DNA of 64,000 nucleotides from Planktothrix sp. GU0601_MAG3 (GTDB lineage Bacteria > Cyanobacteriota > Cyanobacteriia > Cyanobacteriales > Microcoleaceae): contig CP136572.1 of assembly GCA_035193785.1 (NCBI GenBank), forward strand, positions 4,564,578-4,628,577, written 5' to 3'. The position numbers and the translations under genes are program-made. A model generated the notes under the pieces. It searched no databases and was not told the origin of the DNA. It worked only from the letters and a program-made list of their open reading frames with translations. Of the stretch, positions 47,001-58,606 are shown piece by piece (within the stretch, counting starts at the first letter, position 1; every line of letters begins with the position of its first letter).

Positions 47001-47135
47001 TTGATCGGGAGACAGTTGAAAAATAGGGGTTTTTGTTTTAAGTTCTTTTAGAATAGCATCCAACAAGGGAATATAATCTAATTTAGGAAGGGAATCAAAG
47101 GTTTCTTGAAGAATATGTTGATCACTCATACCCAA
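44008..47135 (-). CDS. ~1040-aa divergent Argonaute/PIWI-like protein (predicted MID plus catalytically inactive PIWI at the C-terminus); two GAAAC frameshifts (~46217, ~44383)
   Basis: Three ORF pieces join (..INLR-TVFAQ..; ..DPSQR-TKVFL..); the C-terminal strand/helix pattern follows MID-PIWI order; 28 nt upstream of the helicase gene, with a GAGGA RBS in between. Confidence 0.62.
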
Positions 47136-47318
47136 TTCATGTCATAATAATAACAGTTAGACTAATCTTACAATATTTTATGGTTCCTGTAAAGTCTCAA
47201 GCCAAAAATAACTCCCTAACTCTCACGAATCAGATATAATATAGAGGTTAGCTAATTTAGCCACCCTTTTCTTTTCTGTCTGATTAATTTTCACCCCTAC
47301 CTGTTATTATTAACCGTT

Positions 47319-48354
47319 ATGATTACTACTGCAAACTCGACATCAACTCCCCTACTAGGGTTATCTTTGGAACAACTCACCGACTGGGTAAAACAACAGG
47401 GACAACCTAGTTATCGAGGTAAGCAATTATATGATTGGATTTATCATAAAGGCGCGAAATCCCTAGGGGAAATTACGGTATTTTCTAAACAATGGCGGGA
47501 GACCGTTGGGGATGTTCCTATTGGTAGATCCACGGTTCATTATAAAGCGATCGCCCCCGATAAAACCATTAAATATCTATTAAAATTAGCCGATGGTCAA
47601 ATTATTGAAGCGGTGGGAATTCCCAGTGAAAAACGTTTAACGGTTTGTGTTTCTTCTCAAGTTGGTTGTCCGATGGCGTGTGATTTTTGTGCGACGGGAA
47701 AAGGGGGATTCACTCGCAATTTAGAACCCCATGAAATTATAGATCAAGTGTTAACAGTGCAAGAGGATTTCCAAAGACGAGTTAGTAATATAGTATTTAT
47801 GGGAATGGGAGAACCTTTATTAAACATAGAAAACGTGATTGCTGCGATTAAATCCCTGAACCAAGATGTGGGAATTGGACAACGAATGATCACGGTTTCT
47901 ACGGTTGGTTTACGCGGGAAAATTCGGGAATTAGCCGAATATGATTTACAAGTAACCTTAGCCGTGAGTTTACACGCTTCCTATCAAAATATTCGAGAAG
48001 AATTAATTCCCAGTGCGAAAGCTTATCCCCTATCCCAATTATTTGCAGAATGTCGAGATTATGTTAAATTAACCGGAAGACGGATTAGTTTTGAATATAT
48101 CCTTTTAGCGGGATTAAATGATTTACCCGAAACACGCCATAGAATTAGCCAGTCAGTTAAGAGGATTTCAAAGTCATGTTAACTTAATTCCCTATAATCC
48201 GATTCAAGAAGTTGACTATAAACGACCCAATACCCAAGGAATTAATGAGTTTATGGATATTTTAAAAGAGCGTAAAATTGCCGTAAGTGTGAGATATTCC
48301 CGGGGGTTAGAAGCGGACGCAGCCTGTGGACAATTACGCGCTTCTCAGGCTTAG
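47319..48354 (+). CDS. rlmN: 23S rRNA (adenine(2503)-C2)-methyltransferase, radical SAM (frameshift at ~48130)
   Basis: [37 protein letters not shown]. Confidence 0.96.
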
Positions 48355-48437
48355 ATTTTCCAGGGTATATTTTGATTATAGTGGTGTATTTTCCCCTATA
48401 CCGCTATAATTAAAACCCAAAATATAATATATAGACA

Positions 48438-49655
48438 ATGACTTCTGTACAATCTCCTCTCAGTCATCAACCTCCTGAAACCATCGCCTTAACTACAAAA
48501 GAATGGTTACAAACCAATCTATTTAATACTTGGTATAATACCCTAATTACGATAGGAATTAGTTCCCTATTATTATCAATGCTAACGGGGTTTATATCCT
48601 GGGCTTTTACTACTGCTAAATGGAGTGTAATACCCGCTAACTTTCCCCTATATTTTGTGGGACGTTTTCCCTCAGATCAATATTGGCGATTGTGGATAAT
48701 GTTAGGAATAATTGCTATTTTATCCGGTATAACCTGGGGATTTTTAGCTAGAAATAGCAGGATTTTATTTAGTAAAAATATTTTAATTGGGATGGGTTTT
48801 ATCGGGGTTTTAGCAGTTATTACTCCCACGCTAATAGTTTTCCGTCTGCTATTAATTGCGATGCTATTATTATTGATGGCGGGGGCTTCGGGGGGTAAAA
48901 CCATCGGAAATACTCAACCCGAACTAGGAAAATGGTTGCCCTTTTCTTGGTTTTTATTACTATTAATTTGTGTTTGGTTTATTGGCGGTGGACTGGGATT
49001 AAAAGTAGTTGAAACCAACCTATGGGGAGGACTAATGTTGACATTATTGATGTCAATTATTAGTATTTTATTATGTTTTCCCATCGGAATATTATTAGCA
49101 TTAGGACGACAAAGCAGTTTACCAGTTATCCGAATTTTATCAACGGTTTATATTGAAATCATTCGGGGATTACCCTTAATTACTATTCTATTTATGGGGC
49201 AAATTTTATTACCTTTATTCCTTCCCGAAGGGGCGCGACCGGATCGAATTTTACGCGCTATTATTGGATTAACTATGTTTAGTTCCGCCTATTTAGCCGA
49301 AAACATCCGAGGAGGGTTACAAGGGGTTCCCAGAGGTCAAACCGAAGCCGCCAAAGCCTTGGGATTAAATACCCCCTTAACGGTGAGTTTAATTATTTTA
49401 CCCCAAGCCTTAAAAGTTGCCATTCCTTCAATTGTCGGTCAGTTTATTAGCCTATTTCAAGATACAACTTTACTGTCAATTGTGGGATTAATGGAATTAT
49501 TAGGAATGAGTCGATCTATTTTAGCCAACCCCAAGTTTTTAGGGCGACATTTAGAGGTTTATATTTTCGTGGGAATTCTGTATTGGGTATTTTGTTATGG
49601 GATGTCGATAGCTAGTCAAAAATTAGAACAACAATTGAATACGGAGCATAAATAA
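48438..49655 (+). CDS. Polar amino acid ABC transporter permease (AapM/BztC/NatH-like)
   Basis: WGGLMLT, YIEIIRGLPLI, SAYLAENIRGGLQ..GQ.EAAKALGL, FQDTTL. Confidence 0.9.
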   Translation: MTSVQSPLSHQPPETIALTTKEWLQTNLFNTWYNTLITIGISSLLLSMLTGFISWAFTTAKWSVIPANFPLYFVGRFPSDQYWRLWIMLGIIAILSGITWGFLARNSRILFSKNILIGMGFIGVLAVITPTLIVFRLLLIAMLLLLMAGASGGKTIGNTQPELGKWLPFSWFLLLLICVWFIGGGLGLKVVETNLWGGLMLTLLMSIISILLCFPIGILLALGRQSSLPVIRILSTVYIEIIRGLPLITILFMGQILLPLFLPEGARPDRILRAIIGLTMFSSAYLAENIRGGLQGVPRGQTEAAKALGLNTPLTVSLIILPQALKVAIPSIVGQFISLFQDTTLLSIVGLMELLGMSRSILANPKFLGRHLEVYIFVGILYWVFCYGMSIASQKLEQQLNTEHK

Positions 49656-49695
49656 ACCCTTTTTGTTTGGGGTGAATAGAATAGAAGAATAGAAG

Positions 49696-49745
49696 GCGAA
49701 TAGAATTCGCAGCTACACAAACAAAGTCCGCCTGCGCGGACTAAT
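49696..49745. repeat. Dispersed cyanobacterial palindromic repeat
   Basis: GGCGAATAGAATTCGC and AGTCCGCCTGCGCGGACT hairpins. Confidence 0.55.
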
Positions 49746-50083
49746 AAGCATTTTCTGATGTCCTGTAATCTTTCCAGTATTTTTGAGCTTGATCAAAAGG
49801 TATTTTTCCATCGAATCTAACATAACGCCTAATTTTCTTGGGTTGTATTTCCATACTTTTGTTACATTTGCAGATAGCTTGATCAAGGATTCTATAATTT
49901 AGAGTAGGGTTAAACCTCTATTAATGTTAGTCACTAAAATTAGCACTCAACAACTCAATCAAATAGCAAAAATTCTCACGGATTTAATGTAACTAATATT
50001 CCATCCCTGAATGTTTCCTACAAATACTTGTTCGGGTGCTAATCACTTTTTTCTATCCCCAATTCGTAATTCGTATCTGCATT

Positions 50084-53000
50084 TTAAACATCGACAGAAT
50101 CCTGAATCCGATTTAGCCAGAGTTCAGCTTTAGAATAATTGTCTTTTTGGACTTGTCCAATGGTTTCCTTAAAGTTCAGTGTTACCCCCCAAACATCGCT
50201 AAAAAAGCGTTTTTCTTGCTTCATCCGGTCAAAGAATAGGACACTTTCCGTATGGGTGAGTTTTCCTTGCTTTTTCGCGATCGCCATCATCACCGCAAAC
50301 ACATCATCCGCCATCTTCGCATCCCCACAAACATAATAATGACACTGGGGATGGCTGAGAATTTGCCAGATTTTTTCGGGTTGCTGTTTCCATCAGGTTC
50401 TGTACATATTGCTTTTGTTCACCTAACCGCGAGAACGCCACTTCTAACCCGGTAAGAACGTTGCGATCGCGCCAGACTTGCAACTGTTCCTGATAAATAA
50501 AATCACTAGGATTCCGACAGCCAAAATAAAGGTGTGCTTCACCCAAGGTTATTCCCTGGTTTTGCAACGCTTCCCGATGTTCCAGGAAAGCAATCAGAGG
50601 AGACACCCCCGTTCCTGGCCCCACCATCAAAATCGGAGCCTGGGAGTCTGTCGGGGGGCGGAAAGCAGAAGTTAGAACCCCGATTCTCACCGAGGAACCC
50701 AGTTCCAGTCCGGCCAGATAATTAGAACAAAGTCCTTGCCGCACTTTCCCCGCATCGGTTGTCACTTGCAGCACACCAACGGTGATTTGAATTCGTCGGG
50801 GATGGAGCAGGGGACAGGAGGAAATAGAATAAAGCCGGGGTTTTTGCTTGGGTAACAGTTCCAACAGGGGAGCCAGTTCAACCGCAGCCGAAGGAAATTC
50901 GTCCAGCAGATCCACCACGCTCATAAAATTATCTGTAAGGTTTTTCTTCAGGGCGATGCTATCCGGGTTTTCATCCCCCTGGCGTAAAATTTCTAACCAG
51001 GTTTCCAGGCGATATTTTTCCTGGGGGTTCTGCACCACAGAATAGAGATAGGCCAGTAACTCGCCAAAGGGTTCCCGCAATGCCAGATCCAGATCTTCGG
51101 ACAAGACTTGATTAACGGTGTTGGGAACGGTAATAGGGGGTTGATCCTCTAACGCCTCCCCACTAGCAGTCCGATATTCCGCCGTAAAGTAACTATCAGA
51201 ATTGAGATTGAGGCGATCGCACAATCGCTGCACCAACTCAGGGGGATTACAGGGATACACCGCAACGTGATCCCCGGTTTCATATTGCAGATCCCTATGG
51301 GTCAAGTCAAAAGCAATCAAGCGGGTGGAACGACTTCCGGGAACCACTGCTTGCAGGAGTTCTTGATTGGCAACTACAGGAACAGAGATACCGGAATCCC
51401 TCGATCTCGGAGGGAGTAAGGCTTCAGCCAGAAACGTCACGGTGAGTTTCGGGGTATCGGTGGCGGTACTACCAGAAGTGGTATCTTCACCCATGACACG
51501 GGAAACTAAACCCAACCACTGCTTAAAGGTATCAGCCTGTCCTTTAATTTCATCGCCTTTGTGCATCGGGACAATGCAGTTCGCCCCGGCTTTTGCCAGT
51601 CCCTTATCGACGGAAACCCCAGCAGCACAGAACTGTTCATACACCGTGCTCCCAATGCCTAGAACCGAGTAATTTAAACCGTTGAGAGAATTTCTGGGCC
51701 GTTGTTGTAACCATTGGAGAAATCGCTTCCCGTTGCTGGGCATTTCCCCATTGCCAAAGGTAGAAGTCACCACCAATAACAGCTTTTCCGATGCCAGAAT
51801 ATCGGTGTTATATTCATTCAGTGCCATCACCTTTGGACGGTAACGACTGAGTTGACGGGCGGCTTTGCGGGCAAAACCTTCCGCCGTTCCGGTTTCTGAG
51901 GCATACAGAATCAAAATCCGATCCTGTTTATCGCCCTGCTCATCGGTAACGACCGTGAGTTTTTCCAAATCCAATCCGTCCTCAACCCCCCAACGGTCGG
52001 CTGCGTGATGATAGGCTGGTTCCAGGTAAAAATCTCGCATCTGGTGATGCCACACCGGACAGGCACTCCCTCCCGCCGCCGGAACCACCCAACCCCAATC
52101 CCCAGGACATTCCCGTCCGGCTTTCTTTTCCCGCAGGTCATGGGTGAGGAATTGGCGGGAGGCAGTTTGGTGATCCACCATCGTTACCTTGGCTTTTTGG
52201 AAGGAATAGAGGATCGCCGTATTCAGTTCTAAAGCCGCCCGATCGCGCCACAGGGTTTGTTCAGAAACTGGTATCAAGTTTCAAAACCTGGGCAATTTCC
52301 TCAATTTTGTTGTAGCGGTACTCATCGAGGAAATCCCGCATAATCTCGGTATCCATATACCAGCCATTGAAGGGCATACAGCCATAATGAATCCCGCCAA
52401 TGTGAACGGAGAAGTTACTAATGGCCGGAATAGCATACCAACGCATCCCAATGGCCTTAAATTCTGGGACGGTGGGATGTTCAATCTCCACTTCTAGCAC
52501 TTCCTCCGGTTTCCAGTGATACATCTTGGGAGTTTGACCCGGAAGCTCGATCACCAAGGGCAGAATATCGTAAGCGGTGGGAGGTTGGGGAGGTTCCCAG
52601 CCAAAGTTAATAATGGCAGTGGTGAGATCCAGATTCGCCGGATCGCCTAAAATACTGCCATCGGGCTGCCGATAGGCGGCATAGCGGAACAGTTGAGAAT
52701 TCCAAATCCTCGGCCCCCAGCGTTCCTTGGGCTGTCGGGGGCGAAATACCGTCATGGTGATTTGTAGGTTGCCCCCATTGGCGGCAAATTGGGCGTGTTC
52801 CTGAAGTTCGCGGAACATTTCGTCGGGGTCAGTGATATGACGGCGATCGCGCACCACCATATTATTCCAAGCAATTCGCCCCACACATTTAGAGGCATTA
52901 CGCCAAGCCACCTGAGTCCCATAGGCGACTTCTTCATAGGTATGGGTATAGGTTCCCGTGGCTTTGACTTCCTCCTGAATTTCTTTCCAGCGTCGTTCCC

Positions 53001-54469
53001 TATCCTCTGCTTCCCAAGCCTGTTCAGAGGCAATCAAATTCAGAAACTGTTTGGCTTTTTTCAGTACCCGTTCTTGATTGACCATGGGCATTTTCACCAC
53101 GTTGATGACCCGATCCAGCAAGATCTGCCACCCTTGACGCAATTCGGGGGTAAAGTTGGGCAAGTACCGTTCAAACAGAACAAATAGGGTTTCTGAGATC
53201 GCCGGATAAGCACAGGTCGGTACGTCGGCAAAGCTGTGAACCTGTCCTAAAAACCTTAGTTCTTGCAACATCTCATCACTGCTACCAGTTCTCAGACAAC
53301 GTACCAAAAATTCTAGGGCTTGGAATAAATGTAATGATAAATAATCCATATCTGCCCGCCCAAAAATAGGCAAAACAAAGGGATATTTCTCAAACAGAAT
53401 TTGATAAAATTCCATCCCCATTTGTTGCTTATTCTGGCTAAAGATATCCCAGCAAGCTGCCATTTCCTGTAACAATTCCGGGGGTAATGCGGCTTCATAC
53501 TGATGGCAGGTTTCCACCATCGGCAGAATAATATAAGTATTAAAAAATTTGTAAAGTGCAGAATTCTGACCTTTTTTTAAATCTTCGCGATCATATTCTT
53601 CTAAATAGGGAATTGATGGCAACATCCACATCCATACCTGTCGCGCCTTCAGCCAATGTTCCGGGCGCAGTCCCGCATCGGCAAACAAATTCCCATATTC
53701 AGCAACGGTTTTCAACCCATGTTCTCGTTCTGGGGGAACACCCATCAAAGGTTCACCGACAATCACTTGGGTTTCCGGTTGGAGTTGGTGAATAGCACAG
53801 TCGAACAACTCATAGAAAAAGTCGCTGATGCTATCAATTGATTCTCCAAATAAATACTCAAGTTCTGGTTCTTCTAACAACAGGCGCTTGAGGAATTTTT
53901 CCATTTGTAACTCTTTCCACGCCCGCAACTTATTCCAGATATCTTTAATAATGACTTCATCCTGTGGCGTTAGGGATGTGGCTGGAGGAAGCTCAAATTC
54001 AACTTTTTCCGCCTTCCCACGCCGACCCAAACTACTCTGTTTATTAAATAATGTCACCGTGTTGCTACTACCCTCACTGCTGCTTTGGGTTAAGCGAACT
54101 TTCAGCTTGAGTTGGGGGGCTTGTTCCCAGGTGGTGATCGGAAATTCTAGTTCCGCATTGCGATCGCCATTTAAACAGTTCTCAGTCGCAAAGGTCACGG
54201 TTTCCCGCATCCTGCCAGGGATGGGTAATATCTCCTTCCCGATAACATATAGTAATGGCAATGGTGCAGTCTCCCTGATTCTTCAAATCCACTAACCAGT
54301 TGGGCTGCATTCGAGCCAATAGATCCTTTTGCAGTCCAGTCCCCCCCTGATTAGAAATGACCTGCACTCGGCACTTATACTTGTAGCGGTTGGCAATGGG
54401 CAACTCAGTCGCAGAAACTTCAGTCAGATGGAGAATTCTTTGGGTGTTCAGGGTTTGAAGATCGTGCAT
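50084..54469 (-). CDS. nos: Full-length nitric oxide synthase (N-terminal domain, globin-like domains, oxygenase, diflavin reductase; ~1460 aa; three GAAAC frameshifts)
   Basis: Heme-thiolate [40 protein letters not shown]; globin [15 protein letters not shown]; flavodoxin [45 protein letters not shown]. Confidence 0.93.
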
Positions 54470-54558
54470 CTTGATAGCGGTAAACGAGGACTGGAACTAG
54501 GACAGTTGTGCAACATCCTAATCTATCTTAACGTCAGTATTATCCCAGATCATGTATT

Positions 54559-54746
54559 CTCGTTCGACCCTTCGACCCTTCGACCGTTCGACAGGCTCAC
54601 GGCTCACGGCTCACGGCTCACGGCTCACGGCTCACGGCTCACGGCTCACGGCTCACGGCTCACGGCTCACGGCTCACGGCTCACGGCTCACGGCTCACGG
54701 CTCACGGCTCACGGCTCACGGCTCACGGCTCACGGCTCACGACTCA
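54559..54746. repeat. STRR array (GGCTCAC) of about 21 copies, preceded by TTCGACC copies
   Basis: Perfect heptamer run 54594-54740. Confidence 0.95.
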
Positions 54747-54763
54747 GCCAGATCCGGTGTTCC

Positions 54764-54910
54764 CTCAGGGCTGTTTCATTCTCAGGGAAACCAGGGTTTT
54801 GTAGGGGTAGTGCCCCCGTGCCTACCCTCCCCATCCAAGATTTGCAGGCGTTTCAGGGATTGGGGCAACCACGGGGGGATTGCCCCTACAAAGAATGAAA
54901 CAGCCCTGGG
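54764..54910. mobile_element. MITE-like element with ~17-bp inverted ends enclosing a GTAG REP pair
   Basis: CAGGGCTGTTTCATTCT ... AGAATGAAACAGCCCTG; internal GTAGGGGTAG...TGCCCCTAC. Confidence 0.65.
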
Positions 54911-55012
54911 TGTTCCCTGTTCCCTATTCCCTATTCCCTATTCCCTATTCCCTATTCCCAGATCCGGTGTTCCCTGTTCCCTATTCCCAGATCCGGTGTT
55001 CCCTGTTCCCTT
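54911..55012. repeat. (TTCCCTA/TTCCCTG) heptamer array with AGATCCGGTGTTCCC units
   Basis: Direct inspection; the same AGATCCGGTGTTCCC motif occurs at ~54750. Confidence 0.8.
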
Positions 55013-55029
55013 CTGATTCCTATAATTGA

Positions 55030-57592
55030 TTAGTTTTTCCCTTGGGCTAATATTTGTTGAATTGTACTTGTGAGTTGACTGAGTTTAACTGGTTTAGTCA
55101 AATAGTCATTTGCACCTGCTTCTAAGCATTTTTGTTTGTCGCTGATCATTGCTAAGGCTGTGAGGGCAATAATAGGTATATCAGCTAGTGTGCGATCGCT
55201 ATCCTCACGAATCCGTTGAATTGCTTCTAAACCATCCATAACAGGCATCTGAATATCCATTAAAATTAAGTCTGGATCGTGTAATTTTGCCTGATCAATT
55301 GCCTCTTGACCATTTCCCGCTAAGATAATTTGGTATCCTTTTGCCTTCAGATAACGAGAGATAGTAATAATATTAGCTTCATGATCTTCTGCTAACAGAA
55401 TTAGAGGAAATTTTTCTAAGACTTGGGTTGTAGAATTTGGGTCTGAATTAACTGCGGTTTCACTAGGATATTGAGGAGTTTGGAATAGCAAATCTTGATA
55501 AGGAAGACGGAAAGCAAAACAACTACCGATATCAATTGTACTCTTAACTTCTACCTCCCCACCGTGCATTTCCACAATGCGTTTAACCAGGGTAAGACCT
55601 AAACCTGTCCCCGCATATTGACGATTTAAAGCACTATCAATTTGCACAAAGGGTTGAAACAGTTTAGCGAGATTTTCAGGAGTTATCCCAATACCCGTAT
55701 CGGTGACGGCAAAGCCTATGGATGAGGAATTTTCAATAGTAACATCAAATGTGATTTTTCCCCCGGCTGGGGTGAATTTAATAGCATTATCGAGTAGATT
55801 AATTAAAACTTGTCGGAGGCGCCGTTCATCGGCGATGATTTCCGGTAGCTTTGGGGGAATTTTTGTCTGAATTGTAATCCCTTTTTGTAGGGCTTGCTGT
55901 TTAATAAAAAGCAAACTTGATTCGCACAAATTCTTAATGGATGTAGGGGAACACTCTATTTCAAATTTTCCTGATTCAATTTTAGCGATATCGAGGATAT
56001 CATTAATTAATGATAGTAAATGAGTGCCACTGGTGGCAATAGTTTCTATTGCCTGTTGTTGTTTCTCGTTGATTCCGCCAAATATTTCCTCTTGGAGAGC
56101 TTCGGACATCCCTAAAATAGCATTTAGGGGAGTACGCAATTCATGGCTCATATTAGCAAGAAACTCATTTTTTAGACGAGTTGCATGGGCAAGTTGTTGA
56201 TTAGATATTTCCAATTGTTGGTTAATTTCAGTTAATTTTGCTTCGGCTTTCTGTTTTTCTGTTAATTCTTTATTAATCTGCTTAAACAGATCTATTTGTT
56301 GAACTGCGATCAATAATTGATTGGCAATTTGTTGGGCATCATCAATTTCTGATTGTTGCCATTCTCGAGGTTCATAACATTGATGAATGCAAAATAAACC
56401 CCAGAAATTTCCATTGACAACTAAGGTAACTAAAAAATTAGCCTGGATTTTAAATCGTTCTAAAAAACTACGATAACAATCACTTTTTTGGAATTGATCA
56501 ATATCATCAATTAGAATTTTATTCTGGGGATTGGAAAATTCATCCTGTTGTTTGAAACAATTTTCTGCGATTTTAATATTCAGAATTGAATCAACTCCTG
56601 TTATCACAGATTCAGACACAAATTCCCCCTGATTATAGTCAGATTCAGGATCAAATTTAAAAATACAAACCCGATCCACATTAAGAAATTTACGAGTCTC
56701 CTCTGTTGCCGTATTAAAAATAGTTTCTAAGTCTAAAGATTGACGAATCTTTTGGGTAATTTCCCTAAGTAATCTTTCTTTTTTCGCTTGATTTTTTAAG
56801 GCATTAGCATTTTCTTGAATTTTAACTGCCATCCGATCAAAAGCAACAGAGACTTGCATCAGTTCATCTGAAACCTGTTAATTTAGTTCTGATATCTAAC
56901 TTGCCTTCGGCTAAACTATTACTAGCAGAAACTAACCGATAAACTCGTTTGGTAAAAGTAAAATAGAAGAAAAACCATAAACCTAGACAGAATATTGTTA
57001 ACGCGCCATTAAAAATTAGTGACCGCCTTAAAGCTGTATAAAAAGCTTCTTTTTGAACATTGGTTAGATCATATTCAAGCAAAAGAATGCCCACCCGAGA
57101 AGGTTTAATTTCATTAGGTAAAATCTGTAAAATCAAAGGATAAATTGCAATCAGCTTTTTTTGATCTTGAGAAATTATGATCTTTCCTGCCATTTTTTCT
57201 TTGACAGAGGCGAAATAAGAGCTATAATCAGAATTTATTGTTTGATTTATAGGAGTTCCTTTAAGTTCATAATGACTTGACAAACGAATGATATTTTGAT
57301 CATCTATTTTTACCACTAGAGAGAGATTCGGATCGCTGCCAGCATGACTAATAATTATGGTTTCTATATCTTCAGGATTGCCACCTTCTATACTATTTTG
57401 ACGTTCCATATAATCTAATACTCTGACTGTTTGTCCAGCATAAATTTTTAGATAATTTTTAGCATTTGTTATTTGCATCTGGGAGGTTTCAATAATTTCT
57501 TGCTGAAACGATATCAGCCCGAAAAAACCACCACAAGTAATTAAAATGATAGGAATTGAAAATCTTATCGGTAGGGGAAAACGTTGGGACAT
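55030..57592 (-). CDS. Membrane hybrid sensor kinase (periplasmic sensor, HAMP, GAF, HisKA, HATPase, REC; frameshift at ~56872)
   Basis: Two TM helices, HAMP, GAF (LNVDRVCIFKF..WGLFCIHQC), FLANMSHELRTPLN, DTGIG, GTGLGL, LMDIQMP. Confidence 0.9.
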
Positions 57593-57597
57593 AAATT

Positions 57598-58606
57598 TTA
57601 GGGGGTTGATAATTTGGCATTCCGAATAAACTGATCATCTAGGATTGTATTTATATCAATATATTTGGGTAATAATTTTTTTTCTAGCATAATTATGATC
57701 AGTTTTTTACTCCCCTGGACAAAGGCGGGATCATTTTGATTGAATAATTTTTGATTTTCTTCTAAGTTGAGTTGATCTATACCTTTAAAGGCATTCAAAA
57801 TTGTGTCTGGTGTTACTTGTGTTCGTTTGGCGATGCGAGTTGCTGCTTCTTGAGGGTTTTCTTCTAAATATTTTAAGGCTCGAAATCGGCTATTAACTAA
57901 TGATTGAATACTTTCAGGAGAATTAGCGATCGCGTCGGTACTCACCGCCAAAACATCTACAATTTCTCCCGGAATCTGACTACTATCAAACAATACTTTA
58001 GCCCCGGCTTCTAATATTTTAGCCACGGGCGGCCCAAAGGTAACAACGGCATCTATTTTTCTCTGTTTATAGGCCTGTTCATGTTCTAATGGCTCTACAG
58101 AAACAATCTGAATATCTTTAACCGACATCCCATTTTTTTCCAGTGCCCGAGCTATAAAAAAAGATCCCAAAGCAGTTGGTTTCTAGTCCGACTCGCTTTC
58201 CTTTTAAGGCTTTAATATTAGTAATCTCGGGTTGTCCTAAAATTACATCTGCACCATTAGAAACATCCATAATCGCAATAATTCTAAGATTTTCTTGGGT
58301 GGCGGCGATAGATAAGGCTTGATCAATTGATAATCCCGCCCCTTCAATTTCATTATTGCGATAGGCTTTAACTTCTTCTGTTCCTGAAGGATAATCTACC
58401 AATTTGATCGGCTGGTTGTCATAATAACCCAGATCCTCAGCTAAATATAAGGTTTCATATCCGGGCCAGAGATTTATCCCAATCCGTAATGGACTGGAGG
58501 ATTGAGGGATACAATTGACCAGGGCGATCGCTAAAATTCCAGTTATGAAACTGAGGATTAAGTATTTGAGATATTTTCGCCATTGTGGCCTTATTGATCT
58601 TTTCAT
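57598..58606 (-). CDS. ABC-type solute-binding protein (NMT1/SsuA-like; frameshift at ~58180)
   Basis: LRIGINLWPGYE.LYLA, DVSNGADVI, LKGKRVG.E, DAVVTFGP, FDSSQIPGEIVD. Confidence 0.85.

Noticed and set aside
54329..55016. ORFs with (SRLTAHG)n repeats
   Set aside because: These come from reading through a stop-free heptamer array and are antisense to or overlap the nos start
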